Assembly (NCBI GenBank): GCA_964016885.1
Contig: OZ024745.1
Location: forward strand, 85,932,001-85,996,000
Direction: 5' to 3'
Length of the DNA: 64,000 bases
Origin: Eledone cirrhosa
Taxonomy: Eukaryota
Below the pieces are notes generated by a model. That model did not search any database. It saw only the letters and a list, made by a program, of their open reading frames with translations, and was not told the origin of the DNA. Of the stretch, positions 12,773 to 25,244 are shown in pieces. Made by a program: the position numbers and the translations under genes. The first letter of the stretch is position 1. Each line of letters starts with the position of its first letter.

Positions 12773-13912
12773 TTGTTACATAATAAGGTTATGTTTCCGA
12801 GGCAATCCAAATCGGATCGACAAGGGAACGGATGAATTGCGTGTTCTTGGGTTTTTCATCCGCTCCCTTGTGAGTACCAATTCACCCCCACCGGCCTGCG
12901 CAAGCGCATGTCCGAAGGAAGTTGACCATTCCCCACCGCAGACTTCAACGAAATTTGCTTAGTCAATTTACCCTGTCATCCAAAACAATGGCCTCCCAAT
13001 GCCTGTACCATATTTTACTGCTACCCATCACGGCTGTGGCAGTCAGCCGAGAGCCAGAGGGGATGGGAGAATGTTAGTTTTTACAGGTCATAATACTACC
13101 CCTCACTAAGCGTTGACGGTACGACTGACCATCACCTTATTAGGGAAAATAAACTTATTCTAGGTATCATGGTTTTACGTTGGAAGTTAAGATTGAGAGT
13201 TGGAAATAAAAATTAAAATCCTAAATCAAATATCAGAAATTATAAATTAAACAATTAAGAAATTAACAATTAGAAATTAAAGAATTAAAAAAAGAATTTT
13301 AAAAAAAAATTCTTTTCAGGTGATAATTCGGATTGAGGTGAGTAAAAATATAGACTGAAGTGAGTAAATAATATGGATAGAGGTGTTTAAGTAATATGTT
13401 CTGAGAGGGATTCTAGTGTCACAGTTACTCTATCCACATATTGAACGACGGTGTCGTACATTATAACTACAGGGCTCCAGGCATTAGTGAATCTGGTAAA
13501 CAGTCCTAATTTCCATCACATGGAACAAAATCAAAGAAAAACAGACATAAAGTACACAAAAGAAAGGAAACGGAACCAACAGTGAATAAATGCAAAACAC
13601 AGAGTACATATATGATCCATATGATTGTCCATCTGTCCATGTATAGATTGAATTGAGGGGGCCTCTGTTCAAGTGCGATTTGGTGCAGGAAAATAGGGGT
13701 TTATCCTATTATTTGTTTCCGCGTATTTATCCGGCCGAAAGTTATTATTATGTCCGTCCAGTGTAAGGGGTTTCCATCCCCATGGTAGAGGGAATTTCCG
13801 GGGTAGCTTATGGTTGGTTCCTCTCTTCTCCACCATATCGGTTACATCGTAAAGCGCTCAACTATTGTCGATCTAATTTGGATTGCCTCGGAAACATAAC
13901 CTTATGTAACAA

Positions 13913-13986
13913 GCTGTCTGATGATGACACGACACTCGCACACAGAACAGTGGGGTCAGTGTCGTCACTGAAATATATATCACAGC
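13913..13986 (+). ncRNA. Type I hammerhead ribozyme
   Basis: gctgt-CTGATGA-tgacacgacact..agtgtcgtcact-GAAA-tatata-TC-acagc; palindromic stem III ATATATAT. Confidence 0.9.
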
Positions 13987-14091
13987 ATTATTATTAAAGG
14001 ACCTGAACATCTGAAACTACTTCGCTTTTCCTTATTCTATAATATATATATATATATTATATATATATATTATATATATATGTATATATAT

Positions 14092-14122
<31 letters not shown>

Positions 14123-14342
14123 ATATATACATTATATATATATTATATATATATATATATTATATATATATTATATATATATATATTATATATATATTAT
14201 ATATATATATATTATATATATATATATATATTATATATATAGATTAAATATATATATATTATATATATATATATATTGTAGATATATATATTATATATAT
14301 ATATATATTATATATATGTATATTTTATATATATATATTATA

Positions 14343-14384
<42 letters not shown>

Positions 14385-14754
14385 TATTATATATATATTA
14401 TATATATATATATATTATATATATATATATTATATATATATATTATATATATATTATATATATATATATATATTATATATATGTATATTATATATATATA
14501 TATATTATATATATATTATATATATATATATTATATATATATTATATCTATATCTATATTATATATATATATTATATATATATATATTATAATATATATA
14601 TTATATATATATACATTATATATATATATTATATATATATATATGTATATGATATATATATTATATATATATTATATATATATATATTATAGAGATATAT
14701 ATATAGAGTATATATATATATATTATATATATATATATTATATATATATCAATG

Positions 14755-14890
14755 TTTATTTATAAAACTGGTATATATTGTATTTTGTCTGATGAAGGCA
14801 TACCATAATTTAACGTGGTATCCTTGAAATATGTATAATGAAATAAATATGGTTTTATAAATATAGTTTCCATTTGTTAATATCGTATAT
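14755..14890 (+). mobile_element. Family B pLTR fragment with hammerhead at 14782-14844
   Basis: Matches 5375-5508; HHR core intact. Confidence 0.8.
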
Positions 14891-14931
14891 TATATATATA
14901 TATATATTATATAAATATATTATTTATATAT

Positions 14932-15503
14932 ATTGTTATACTTTGGGAGGGTCATGTTGCCAATAAGAAACACACGCACCAGTTGCTTTCACTTCAATTT
15001 AATTTATTATATATTTATAAATTTACAAATTTATAAATTTCTGGTTGGTTGGTTGGTTCCACAACCAGATAGTTGTTTATATATATATAGTCATAGTTCT
15101 TTCGTCACACACTCTGTGACCTCTTCAGTGACTGGGGATTTCTTTCTTCGTTTCTGTGCCTTTCCTTTCTTTTATCCTACGCCATTTTCTGGCGTAGGAT
15201 AGAAGAAAGGAAAGGCACAGAAACGAAGAAAGAAATCCCCAGTCACTGAAGAGGTCACAGAGTGTGTGACGAAAGAACTATGACTATATATATATAAACA
15301 ACTATCTGGTTGTGGAACCAACCAACCAACCAGAAATTTATAAATTTGTAAATTTATAAATATATAATAAATTAAATTGAAGTGAAAGCAACTGGTGCGT
15401 GTGTTTCTTATTGGCAACATGACCCTCCCAAAGTATAACAATATCGGTTTCAACACACGATTTCAGATAAAGAATCTTGCTAAACAAATTCAGAAACGAA
15501 ATA
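14932..15503. mobile_element. Family A near-perfect palindromic insertion; HHRs at 15089-15133 (-) and 15241-15285 (+)
   Basis: 14932-15185 is the reverse complement of ~15190-15442; stem I agtca/tgact. Confidence 0.9.
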
Positions 15504-15575
15504 TTTATATATATATTATATATATATTATATATTATATATATATTATATATATATATGTATTATATATATATAT

Positions 15576-15607
<32 letters not shown>

Positions 15608-15774
15608 ATATATATTATATATATATATATTATATATATATTATATATATATATATTATAAATATATATATTATAAATATATATATATTATATCTATATA
15701 TATATTATATATATATATATATATATATGATATATATATATATATTATATATATATATATTATATATTATATAT

Positions 15775-15823
15775 CAGTAATGCACTGGGTAATTGCTGGC
15801 CTTGTGCCTAAAGTAGAAACAAT
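15775..15823 (+). mobile_element. SINE 3' fragment
   Basis: cagtaatgcactgggtaattgctggccttgtgcctaaagtagaaacaat. Confidence 0.7.
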
Positions 15824-16360
15824 TATATATATATATATATTATATATTATATATATATATTTAATATATATATTATATATATATATATATTATATATATA
15901 TTATATATATAAATATATATTATATATATATATTATATATATATATTATATATATATTATATATATATTATATATATATTATATATATGTATATTATATA
16001 TATTATATATATATTTTATATATATATATTATATATATATTCTATATATATTATATATATATATATTATATATATATTATATATATATTATATATATATA
16101 TATATTATATATATATATATTAAATATATATATTATATATATATATATATATTATATATATATATTATATATATATATTATAGATATATATATTATATAT
16201 ATATATATATATTATATATATATATATATAATATATATATTATATATTTATATACATTATATATATATATATATTATATATATATATATATTATATATAT
16301 ATATATATTATATATATATATATTATATTATATATATATATATTATATATATATATATAT

Positions 16361-16445
<85 letters not shown>

Positions 16446-16506
16446 CATATATATATATCATATATATATATATATTATATATATATTATATATATATTAT
16501 ACATAT

Positions 16507-16509
<3 letters not shown>

Positions 16510-16583
<74 letters not shown>
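16510..16583. repeat. (TAA)n microsatellite at the 5' junction of the RLE LINE
   Basis: About 24 TAA units. Confidence 0.95.
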
Positions 16584-19478
16584 TTGTAGACAGGAAAAAG
16601 TTAAAAGAAACAACAGCTAAGGTAAACAAAGTCATCCCATACTTTGAGGCGAGGAGTCTTCACCAGTGCAACAATATCCTCAAAGCAACAGCAAATACGG
16701 TGAGGAAACTACTTGGTATAAAAGCGAGAGGAAACAACAGACAAGAAAGAGCAGAGCCGTGGTGGAAGAAGCGACTGAGTGGGCAAATCGAGGAAATGAG
16801 AAATGACATAGGAAAGCTTGAGTCACTACTGAATGGGACACTAAAAAACATAGGCACTAAAAATAGACTGGAAATAAAATACAAAACTAGGAGTAAAAAG
16901 CTAAATATTATCATAGAGGAATTGAAGCAACGCATTGTAGCAAAGAGTGCCAAAATCAGGCGATACGAGAACAGAGTCAGTCAGTATAAACAGAACCGCA
17001 TGTTCGACAACAACCAGAAGATGCTGTTTGGACAGCTTGAGGGGAAAGAAAGAGGCAACGACTTGATCCCTGGGGCGGAACAAGCTAAAACATTCTGGAG
17101 AGGAATATGGGAGCAGGATGTTAGACACAATGCCCAGGCAGGGTGGATTGAGACAGTACAGAGGGAGATCGGTGAGCAGGCACAGCAACAGACTGATTTG
17201 AGTATCACAGTTGAAACTCTTAAGGGGCAAGCCAAAAAACTAACCAACTGGAAATCACCAGGCCCAGATGGTGTGCAGGGGTATTGGATTAAACATTTAA
17301 CATCCCTCCACCCGAAGCTGACGGCCATGTTCAATGACTGCTTGGTGTCGGGTGAGGTGCCAGAGTGGTTGACAAAAGGTACCACAGTTCTGATAATGAA
17401 AGACCGAATCAAGGGTAATGATGTTACCAACTATAGACCTATCACATGTCTGCCCGTAATGTGGAAACTGTTGACGAGCATTGTGTCTGAGGAAATCTAC
17501 CATCACCTCCACACAAACAACTTGTTGCCGGACGAACAGAAAGGATGCCGAAAGAAGTCACGTGGTACAAAGGACCAGTTGCTTATTGATAAGATGGTAA
17601 TGGGGAATTGCAGGAGGAGACACACTGATCTTGCCATGGGATGGATAGACTACAGAAAGGCGTTTGACATGGTGCCTCATTCCTGGATCACCAAAAGCCT
17701 GGAGATCTTCAGGGTGGCAGATAACATCAGACAGTTGCTGGGCAGGAGTATGGGGTCCTGGGAGACAGAGTTGACATCAACTGGAGTATCCTTGGGAAGC
17801 GTGAAGATCAAGAGAGGTATCTTCCAGGGAGATAGCCTGTCCCCTCTGTTGTTTGTCCTTGCCCTGATGCCCTTGACCATTATGCTGCGAAAAGTGAGAG
17901 CAGGATACAAGTTGGGAAGGGGAGAGCTTACCATCAATCACCTCCTCTTCATGGACGATCTTAAGCTCTTCGGGAAAAGTGAGGAGTTGGATGTGCTTGT
18001 TGACACTGTCCGTATTTTCAGCAGTGATATATGTATGCAGTTTGGTATTGGTAAATGTGGAGTCATTGTGATGAGGAGGGGTAGGTTGAGCAGAAGTAAC
18101 GGGATCCAGATACCAACAGGTGAGATGATAAAGGAAATCGACTCTGAGGAAGGATACAAGTATTTGGGCGTTCTGGAGGCTGATGGCATAAAGAACAAAA
18201 AAATGAAGGAATTGTTAAGAACTGAATACATTCGGAGAGTAAGGAGCGTATTGAAGTCACATCTGAACAGCAGAAATGCCATAAGCGCAGTAAATTCCCG
18301 AGCTGTGTCTATTATTAGGTACAGTGCGGGAATTCTGAGATGGAATGTTGCTGAACAAAAAGAAATGGATAGGAAGACTAGGAAGCTATTGACTATCTAC
18401 AACATGTTCCACAAGAGGAGTGATGTCGATAGACTCTACCTAAGGAGATCTGAGGGTGGAAGAGGTCTTATCAGCATAGAGGACTGTGTTCGGATGGAGA
18501 AAAACAACCTATACAAATACGTGACCTATAGTAAGGAGCCAATGCTCAGAGCTGTACTGAAGGAGGGGACAGTAGGCCAGGGGATGTCCAAGGAGGAAAT
18601 AACATCAAGGAGGAAGAGCAGCCTTAAGGGAAAATCCCTTCATAGTACCTTCTTTGAGAAAACTGAATTTAGAGATCCACAGACATGGAACTGGTTGAGA
18701 ACAGGAGACCTCAAAAAGGCTACAGAAGGAATGCTAATGGCTGCGCAGGAGCAGGCCCTCAAAACGAAGTGGTTGAAGCACCATATCTACAAGGAGGAGG
18801 CTAGCCCACTGTGCAGGATCTGTGGAGAGAGAGAGGAGACTGTGGCTCACATTGTGTCCGAGTGTAAACACCTAGCCCAGACCCACTATAAGGGCTGGAG
18901 ACACGATGTGATTGGCAGGGTGATCCACTGGCACCTGTGCAAAGTAAACAATCTACCACATTCTGAGAAATGGTATGAGCATAGGCCAGAGGCGGTGATG
19001 GAGAACAGTCAGGTGAAGGTGCTGTGGGATTTTAGGATACAGACGGACAAAAAACTGGAACACAATAGACCTGACCTGGTGGTTGTGGACAAAGAAAAAA
19101 GATCGTGCTTGATTGTGGATGTGGCCTGCCCGTTCGACACGAGAGTGCAAGAGAAGGAGAGGGAGAAAATTAACCGATACCAGGACCTAAAGTGGGAGGT
19201 GAAAAGGATTTGGAACTGCCATGAAGTCAAAGTGATCCCGATTGTCATAGGCGCACTGGGGACTATCTCCAAAGGTTTCCAGGGATGGTTAAAGAAAATC
19301 GGCCCCTTCACGCTTTTTGGAACGCTTCAAAAGGCATGCTTGCTTGGAACGGCAAGAACCCTCCGATACGTCCTGAATATCTGAGGCTGCAGGTAGTGGC
19401 TTGATATTCAATCCAACGGACTTTCCAGTTAACCAACATCAATGACTGAGATTCAAGGAATAACAATAACAATAATAA
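16584..19478 (+). mobile_element. R4/Dong-like non-LTR retrotransposon, 5'-truncated, inserted in (TAA)n
   Basis: Single RT+RLE ORF, short 3'UTR, (AAT/AAC)n tail; TAA repeats on both sides, as known for Dong-type R4 elements. Confidence 0.9.
16700..19384 (+). CDS. Reverse transcriptase plus CCHC zinc knuckle plus restriction-like endonuclease (open frame from ~16586)
   Basis: KSPGPDG, NYRPITCL, DYRKAFD, GIFQGDSLSP, FMDD, YKYLG; CRICx8HIVSEC, RHD, RPDLVV..IVDV, KINRY; 894 aa without stops. Confidence 0.95.
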   Translation: MRKLLGIKARGNNRQERAEPWWKKRLSGQIEEMRNDIGKLESLLNGTLKNIGTKNRLEIKYKTRSKKLNIIIEELKQRIVAKSAKIRRYENRVSQYKQNRMFDNNQKMLFGQLEGKERGNDLIPGAEQAKTFWRGIWEQDVRHNAQAGWIETVQREIGEQAQQQTDLSITVETLKGQAKKLTNWKSPGPDGVQGYWIKHLTSLHPKLTAMFNDCLVSGEVPEWLTKGTTVLIMKDRIKGNDVTNYRPITCLPVMWKLLTSIVSEEIYHHLHTNNLLPDEQKGCRKKSRGTKDQLLIDKMVMGNCRRRHTDLAMGWIDYRKAFDMVPHSWITKSLEIFRVADNIRQLLGRSMGSWETELTSTGVSLGSVKIKRGIFQGDSLSPLLFVLALMPLTIMLRKVRAGYKLGRGELTINHLLFMDDLKLFGKSEELDVLVDTVRIFSSDICMQFGIGKCGVIVMRRGRLSRSNGIQIPTGEMIKEIDSEEGYKYLGVLEADGIKNKKMKELLRTEYIRRVRSVLKSHLNSRNAISAVNSRAVSIIRYSAGILRWNVAEQKEMDRKTRKLLTIYNMFHKRSDVDRLYLRRSEGGRGLISIEDCVRMEKNNLYKYVTYSKEPMLRAVLKEGTVGQGMSKEEITSRRKSSLKGKSLHSTFFEKTEFRDPQTWNWLRTGDLKKATEGMLMAAQEQALKTKWLKHHIYKEEASPLCRICGEREETVAHIVSECKHLAQTHYKGWRHDVIGRVIHWHLCKVNNLPHSEKWYEHRPEAVMENSQVKVLWDFRIQTDKKLEHNRPDLVVVDKEKRSCLIVDVACPFDTRVQEKEREKINRYQDLKWEVKRIWNCHEVKVIPIVIGALGTISKGFQGWLKKIGPFTLFGTLQKACLLGTARTLRYVLNI

Positions 19479-19705
19479 TAGTAATAATAATAATAAAATT
19501 GAAGACTAAAATCCAAAGAGGGCTCGATAAGGAAAATATATATCAAGTATATAAGAACCGTAGAGCAAATATTTATTAAAATAACAGATTAAAGTTTAAG
19601 CAAAGAATCGCTGTTTTCACCCTTAACGGGATCTTCAGAAGATCCCGTTAAGGGTGAAAGCAGCGATTCTTTGCTTAAACTTTAATCTGTTATTTTAATA
19701 AATAT
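19479..19705. mobile_element. Family C head-to-head pLTR pair
   Basis: 19568-19636 is inverted relative to 19638-19706 (cttc-a-gaag centre); matches 10730-10797. Confidence 0.85.
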
Positions 19706-19841
19706 TATACATATATATATATATATTATATATATATATATTATATATATTTATATTATATATATATTATATATATATATATTATATATATATATTATAT
19801 ATTATATATATATAATATATATATATATATATAATATATAT

Positions 19842-19964
<123 letters not shown>

Positions 19965-19980
19965 TTAATTATGTATATAT

Positions 19981-20600
19981 ATCCCCCATCAGAACCCTTA
20001 ATGATACCACCCTTAAGCAGGTGGAAGATTACAAGTATCTTGCCTCATCTATCTCCTCCTCCAAAAAAGATTTTCTAACCAGAAAGGGTATGGCATGGTC
20101 AGCGTGCAATGACATGCACGACATATGGACATCTCAACTTACCAACAAGCTAAAACTGGAAATATTCCAAGCAACCATTAAGCCCATATTACTTTATGGA
20201 TCCGAAACTTGGACAATAACATCACAACTTGAGAGGAGATTGGATGGCACATATACCCGCCTCTTAATGAGAGTGCAAAACCTATCCTGGAAACGACATC
20301 CCACCTTGTCTAAAATCTATGGCAAACTCCCTCGAGCCTCTGCCCTTCTAAAATCCCGGAGAGCTCAATTTGCTGGCCATTGTCACCGTGCCAGCAATGA
20401 AATCATATCCGCTCTCTTGCTCTGGAACCCTGACTCCAGCCTGACTAGGAGTAGGAAGCTGTCATTCCCCGACTTTATCTCTAGGGATACGGGAATCAGC
20501 AGACAGGACCTGGGGGCAGCGATGGGGACGGGGGATTCTGGCACATGAGAGTGAGATCCATCATCTCGAGAGTAGTCGACGAGTGATGATGGTGATGATG
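19981..20600 (+). mobile_element. RTE-like LINE 3' fragment with (GAT)n tail
   Basis: EDYKYLAS..ILLYGSETWT..RLDGTYTRLL..FAGHCHR; ends gagtgatgatggtgatgatg. Confidence 0.85.
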
Positions 20601-20797
20601 ATATATATATTATATATATATTATATATATATATTATATATATATTATATTATATATATATATATTATATATATATACTATATATATATATATATTATAT
20701 ATATATTATATGTATATATATTATAGATATATTGTATATTATATATATATATTATATATATATTATATATATATATATATATATTATATATATTTAT

Positions 20798-20851
<54 letters not shown>

Positions 20852-20947
20852 ATATATATATATATTATATATATATATTATATATATATATATATTATAT
20901 ATATATATATTATATATATATATTATATATATATATATATTATATAT

Positions 20948-21900
20948 AGTTATACTTGGGGAGGGTCATATTTGTGTAATATTGCCAGAATTAATAACAG
21001 AACACACTCACTGTTTGGTTGGTTTTCGCTTCTCGCTGTCTTTTATATCTGCGATCTAACTTAATCGGTCCTCAATGTTGCCATTGACTGACCGACGGTC
21101 AAAAATAATACAGATACAATATAGACACAAACACATATATATAGTTTACATAATTTACATAAATCTTTCGTTGCACATCTGCAACATCGTCAGTGGTGTT
21201 ATATTTTTTCCTCCTGTTGTGTTGTATGTCTACGCCATTTTTATTCAGTCTGTCTATATATTTATTTATTTATTTGCTTGTTTATTTATTTTATTTTGTC
21301 TTCTTTGCGCATGCGTTTGCGTGTGTGTATAGTGTCATGTTTGCGGTGTGACTAGTGTGTATAGTGTTGTGTCTGCTGGGTGACTAGTGTGTGTTTATGT
21401 GCTTGTTGTTATTGTGCTTGTGTATGTATTTATTTATCTTATTTTATTTTATTTTATTTACTTATTTATACTTCTCTTAGGTCAGTGTTGTTTGTTTGGG
21501 TGTTGTTGTTGTTCCACTCATTCTTTTTGTTTAGCTTTGGTCTTCTAATTTCTATTTCACTGGCCTCTCTGATTTACAACACAACAGGAGGAAAAAATAT
21601 AACACCACTGACGATGTTGCAGATGTGCAACGAAAGATTTATGTAAATTATGTAAACTATATATATGTGTTTGTGTCTATATTGTATCTGTATTATTTTT
21701 GACCGTCGGTCAGTCAATGGCAACATTGAGGACTGATTAAGTTAGATCGCAGATATAAATGACAACGAGAAGCGAAAACCAACCAAACAGTGAGTGTGTT
21801 CTGTTATTAATTCTGGCAATATTACACAAATATGACCCTCCCCAAGTATAACAATATTTGTTTCGACACACGATTTCATATAAAAAACCTCGCTAAACTA
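20948..21900. mobile_element. Family A2 head-to-head insertion; HHRs at ~21156-21199 (-) and ~21602-21645 (+)
   Basis: 20948-21226 is inverted relative to 21575-21853; CTGACGA-t gttgca gatg tgcaac-GAAA-gatt-TA (weak stem I); atgaccctcccaagtataacaat ORF start shared with family A. Confidence 0.8.
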
Positions 21901-21906
21901 ATATAT

Positions 21907-21952
<46 letters not shown>

Positions 21953-21971
21953 TATATATATATATATATCA

Positions 21972-22017
<46 letters not shown>

Positions 22018-22043
22018 TATTATATATATATATATATATTATA

Positions 22044-22077
<34 letters not shown>

Positions 22078-22079
<2 letters not shown>

Positions 22080-25000
22080 AACGAGTAGGACCCCGACGGC
22101 TGAGGTCAAGCTGTTTCAACGGCTAATTCTGGACTAAATGAAAATGTTTATCCTGGTATATGAATAGCCGAGTTACTCAGGGGATAATTCCATATATGTT
22201 AAAAGTGATTGTCACAAGGATTGGTCAAAAGTTTGTTGTTGAGACACATAATTCTATTATGGCAATTTGTGGAAGGAAGGTGTAGCTGAACCTGCCAGTA
22301 GAAGAAAGAGGGAGAGGGAAATGGGGAAACTCAGTCGTGCGTTGATAGTGCCAACTACAGCAGGGCAGGAGGTCAAGGAAGTATACTAGGGAGGGGGGAG
22401 GAAGTCGAAACAATAAGTAAATCAATATGGAGTAAATATATTGAAGAATACCAAGAATGTTAAAAATATAAAAAAACAATTTCTCGTTACCATTCCCTAA
22501 CGACAGTCATCAAGTCTCTCACTGGTACTGCTAAACTATAGAAAAGTTTACTAAGCGGGACGGAATTGTAATGAGACCATTTTAAGAGTTAGTAGTAATC
22601 AACCGAGTGTATCTTACGGTGACGGGTCAACAGGTGGCGGGCCAAAAAACTAAAGAAAATACCACGAAATAATAATTCAGAGTCCCGAAACTAATACGAA
22701 ATAATTGTTTCTACCCTAGGCACAAGGCCAGCAACCACACAGTGCAAAAAATAAACTAATACGAAATAATAATTCAGAATCCCGAAAATGAATACTAATA
22801 CTATCTCTAAGGGTGCCGCTACGATACAAAAATTCTAGTGCAAACTACGGAAAATTAATTCAGAATCCCCCCTCACCCCCACCCCCACCCCCAAAATAAA
22901 TACTGATATACGAGAAATTAAAGCAGAGATACCACTAAGAAATGTAGAAAGCACGGAAATGGGGCAGCCATCGGATAATAAAGCAAGTATCTGGAATCTA
23001 TCACATCTGCTATAAAAAGCGGAGTCGGCTAATTCTATCATAGAATAGGGGATGGGGGTGGGGGTACTGAGGCTACAAAGGACCGAGGGACTGGGAGAGA
23101 AAGTGAAAAGGACGACGACAAAGAAGGACGACTGGGGTGGAAGGACTAGGAAGGGATGGGGGGAGAAGGAAATATAGAGGAAACGATAAAAATATATAAA
23201 AGAAGATCTTACGTCTCCTTTTGCAAGTGGGGGTGTTACAGCCCTTGTCTAACTCCCCCCCCCCCCCCCCGGGTCATTATAGGGTTTGATGGCGAGGTAA
23301 GTCCTACGCAATCTGTGTTTGCATGCAGTTACCAGTTCATCTTTCTTGTTTAGCAGTTTGTCCGTCGAAAACAGCATTTGTAAAGTTTCCTCCGAGCATA
23401 AATTGCACGGACGGCGTCCTCCCGTGTAAGAGTTGGCTCTGGACAGTAAGCTCCAAGTGAGATCATAGGTACTATTGTTATTTTTGAGGTCCCAGATGTG
23501 GCCCGAAAGTGTGGTGGCATGACGCCGGGCCGGGTTTCGGAAAGTATGTTTGTGTTGGTATAGCCGGGTCTTGAAGTCACATGCGGTTAATCCTATATAA
23601 GCTTTGTTGGAGGTGTCCGTCCTCTCGTTGCACTGGTAGATCACATTACGATCTCTGCATCTGTTGTCGAGGGGGCCAATGGATCCATCAGGACAGTTGC
23701 ACCTCCTGGTAGGCTCTCCACTGCTATTTAGGTTATTTCTTCCATAGGGGTTGAGTTTTTTGTTGTTAGAGGAGACGATGTTTTGTGCAAAGTTTGGTGT
23801 GGTGCTGTAGGAGAGTTTGATGGTATTTTTGTTGATTATGTTGTGGTAGCGGTGTTGTAGTGGGAAGTGTTTTTCGATGAGCCTAAAGAAGATTTTCCCG
23901 ATAGGAGTTGTCACCTCGGCGTTGTGGGGAGGATTGAACCATGTTACATTGCGTGAGCGGCGGTGTCGCCTGCTGGTTCCGCTAATGGAAGCTGGACAGT
24001 AGGATATTTCCTCCCGGAAACCACTCCGCTTGAGGGCCTGGTTGTAATAAGGCGCATGTTACTCTAATATCTGCTCATTAGCGGACAAACGAGATATGCG
24101 AAGGGAGATTTTTTAACCAGGTTATTGGTGATGTTCCTAGGATGGTTTGACCGGCGGTGGATGTAGTGCAGGTTGTCGTTGGGTTTACTGTATGGGTAGT
24201 ACAGATCATTACCGAGGTCAAGGGTAACGTCCAGGAAGTTTACTCGGGTCAGGGACGTTTGTAGGGTTATTTTAAATCCCCAGTTGCGGAAGAAGCTGAT
24301 TAATTGTTTACGGACCCGGTCTGTACCCTTTAAGGGTAAGGAGCCCATCATCACGGTACAATCCACCGCCGAATGCAGGAAACATATCGTTGAGTTTAAC
24401 TAGTAGGAATAATCCTATAAGATCTGTGACCTCAGCCGAATCCGTCGCGCCCATGCTGACATCGAAGGGTGAGTCGGGAGCTCTCTTTATCCATTTGGAG
24501 TTGTCGAAAAGTAGGACTGTCTTCCTGGCGTGGAGGAGGATGTTTCTTTCCTGGTCGGTGATGGGCGCAAGTGTCTCGGTAAAGTCCAAGGCAGCCGTAA
24601 GTATCGGTAAGGTAATTGAAGCATAGTAACTCTACGGAGGAAACTTTACAAATGCTGTTTTCGACGGACCAACTACTAAACAAGAAATTAGAACTGGTAA
24701 CTACATGCAAACTCAGATTGCGTAGGACTTACCTCGCCATCAAACCCCATAATGACCCGGGGGGGGGGGGGGGTAGACAAGGGCTGTAACACTCCTCTTG
24801 CCGACTTTGTAATGGGTAACCCCTGCTTGCAAAGGTAGACGTAAGAGCTTTTTTTATATATTTTTATCGTTTCCTCTATATTTCCTTCCTCTCCCCATCC
24901 CTTCCTAGTCCTTCCATCCCAGTCCTCTTTGTCGTCGTCCTTTTCACTTTCTCGCCCAGCCCCTCGGTCCTTTGTAGCCTCAGTGCCCCCACCCCCATCC

Positions 25001-25205
25001 CCTATTTTATGATAGAATTGGCCGACTCTGCTTTTTATAGCAGATGTGATAGACCCCAGATACTTGCTTTATTATCCGATGGCTGCCCCATTTCCGTGCT
25101 TTCTACATGTCTTAGTGGCATCTCTGCTTTAATTTCTCGTATATCAGTATTTTTTTATTTTTGGGGTGGGTGGGGTGGGTGGTGATTCTGAATTAATTTT
25201 CCGTA
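22078..25205 (-). mobile_element. 5'-truncated PLE with inverted 3' arm (24628-25205)
   Basis: RT-GIY-YIG on the minus strand; the right arm is a diverged plus-strand copy of ~23395 down to 22847. Confidence 0.9.
23249..24629 (-). pseudogene. PLE RT plus GIY-YIG, frameshifted
   Basis: YYASIT, FDVSMGATDSAEVTDLIG, GGLYRDDGL, NFLDVTLDL, CNC..PLDNRC, VIYQC, AYIGLT, CNLC, CKH. Confidence 0.9.
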
Positions 25206-25244
25206 TCAAATTTTTCATATACTTCGTACGAGCATTTTTCATAT

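Larger units (their letters stand above)
12572..14040. mobile_element. Non-coding PLE-type head-to-head insertion with ~180-bp inverted HHR-bearing arms
   Basis: ~12647-12832 is the imperfect reverse complement of ~13866-14038; both outer ends abut (TA)n. Confidence 0.8.

Noticed and set aside
16660-19311. Antisense ORFs over the LINE and PLE coding regions
   Set aside because: Shadow frames of the real RT ORFs with no recognisable motifs.
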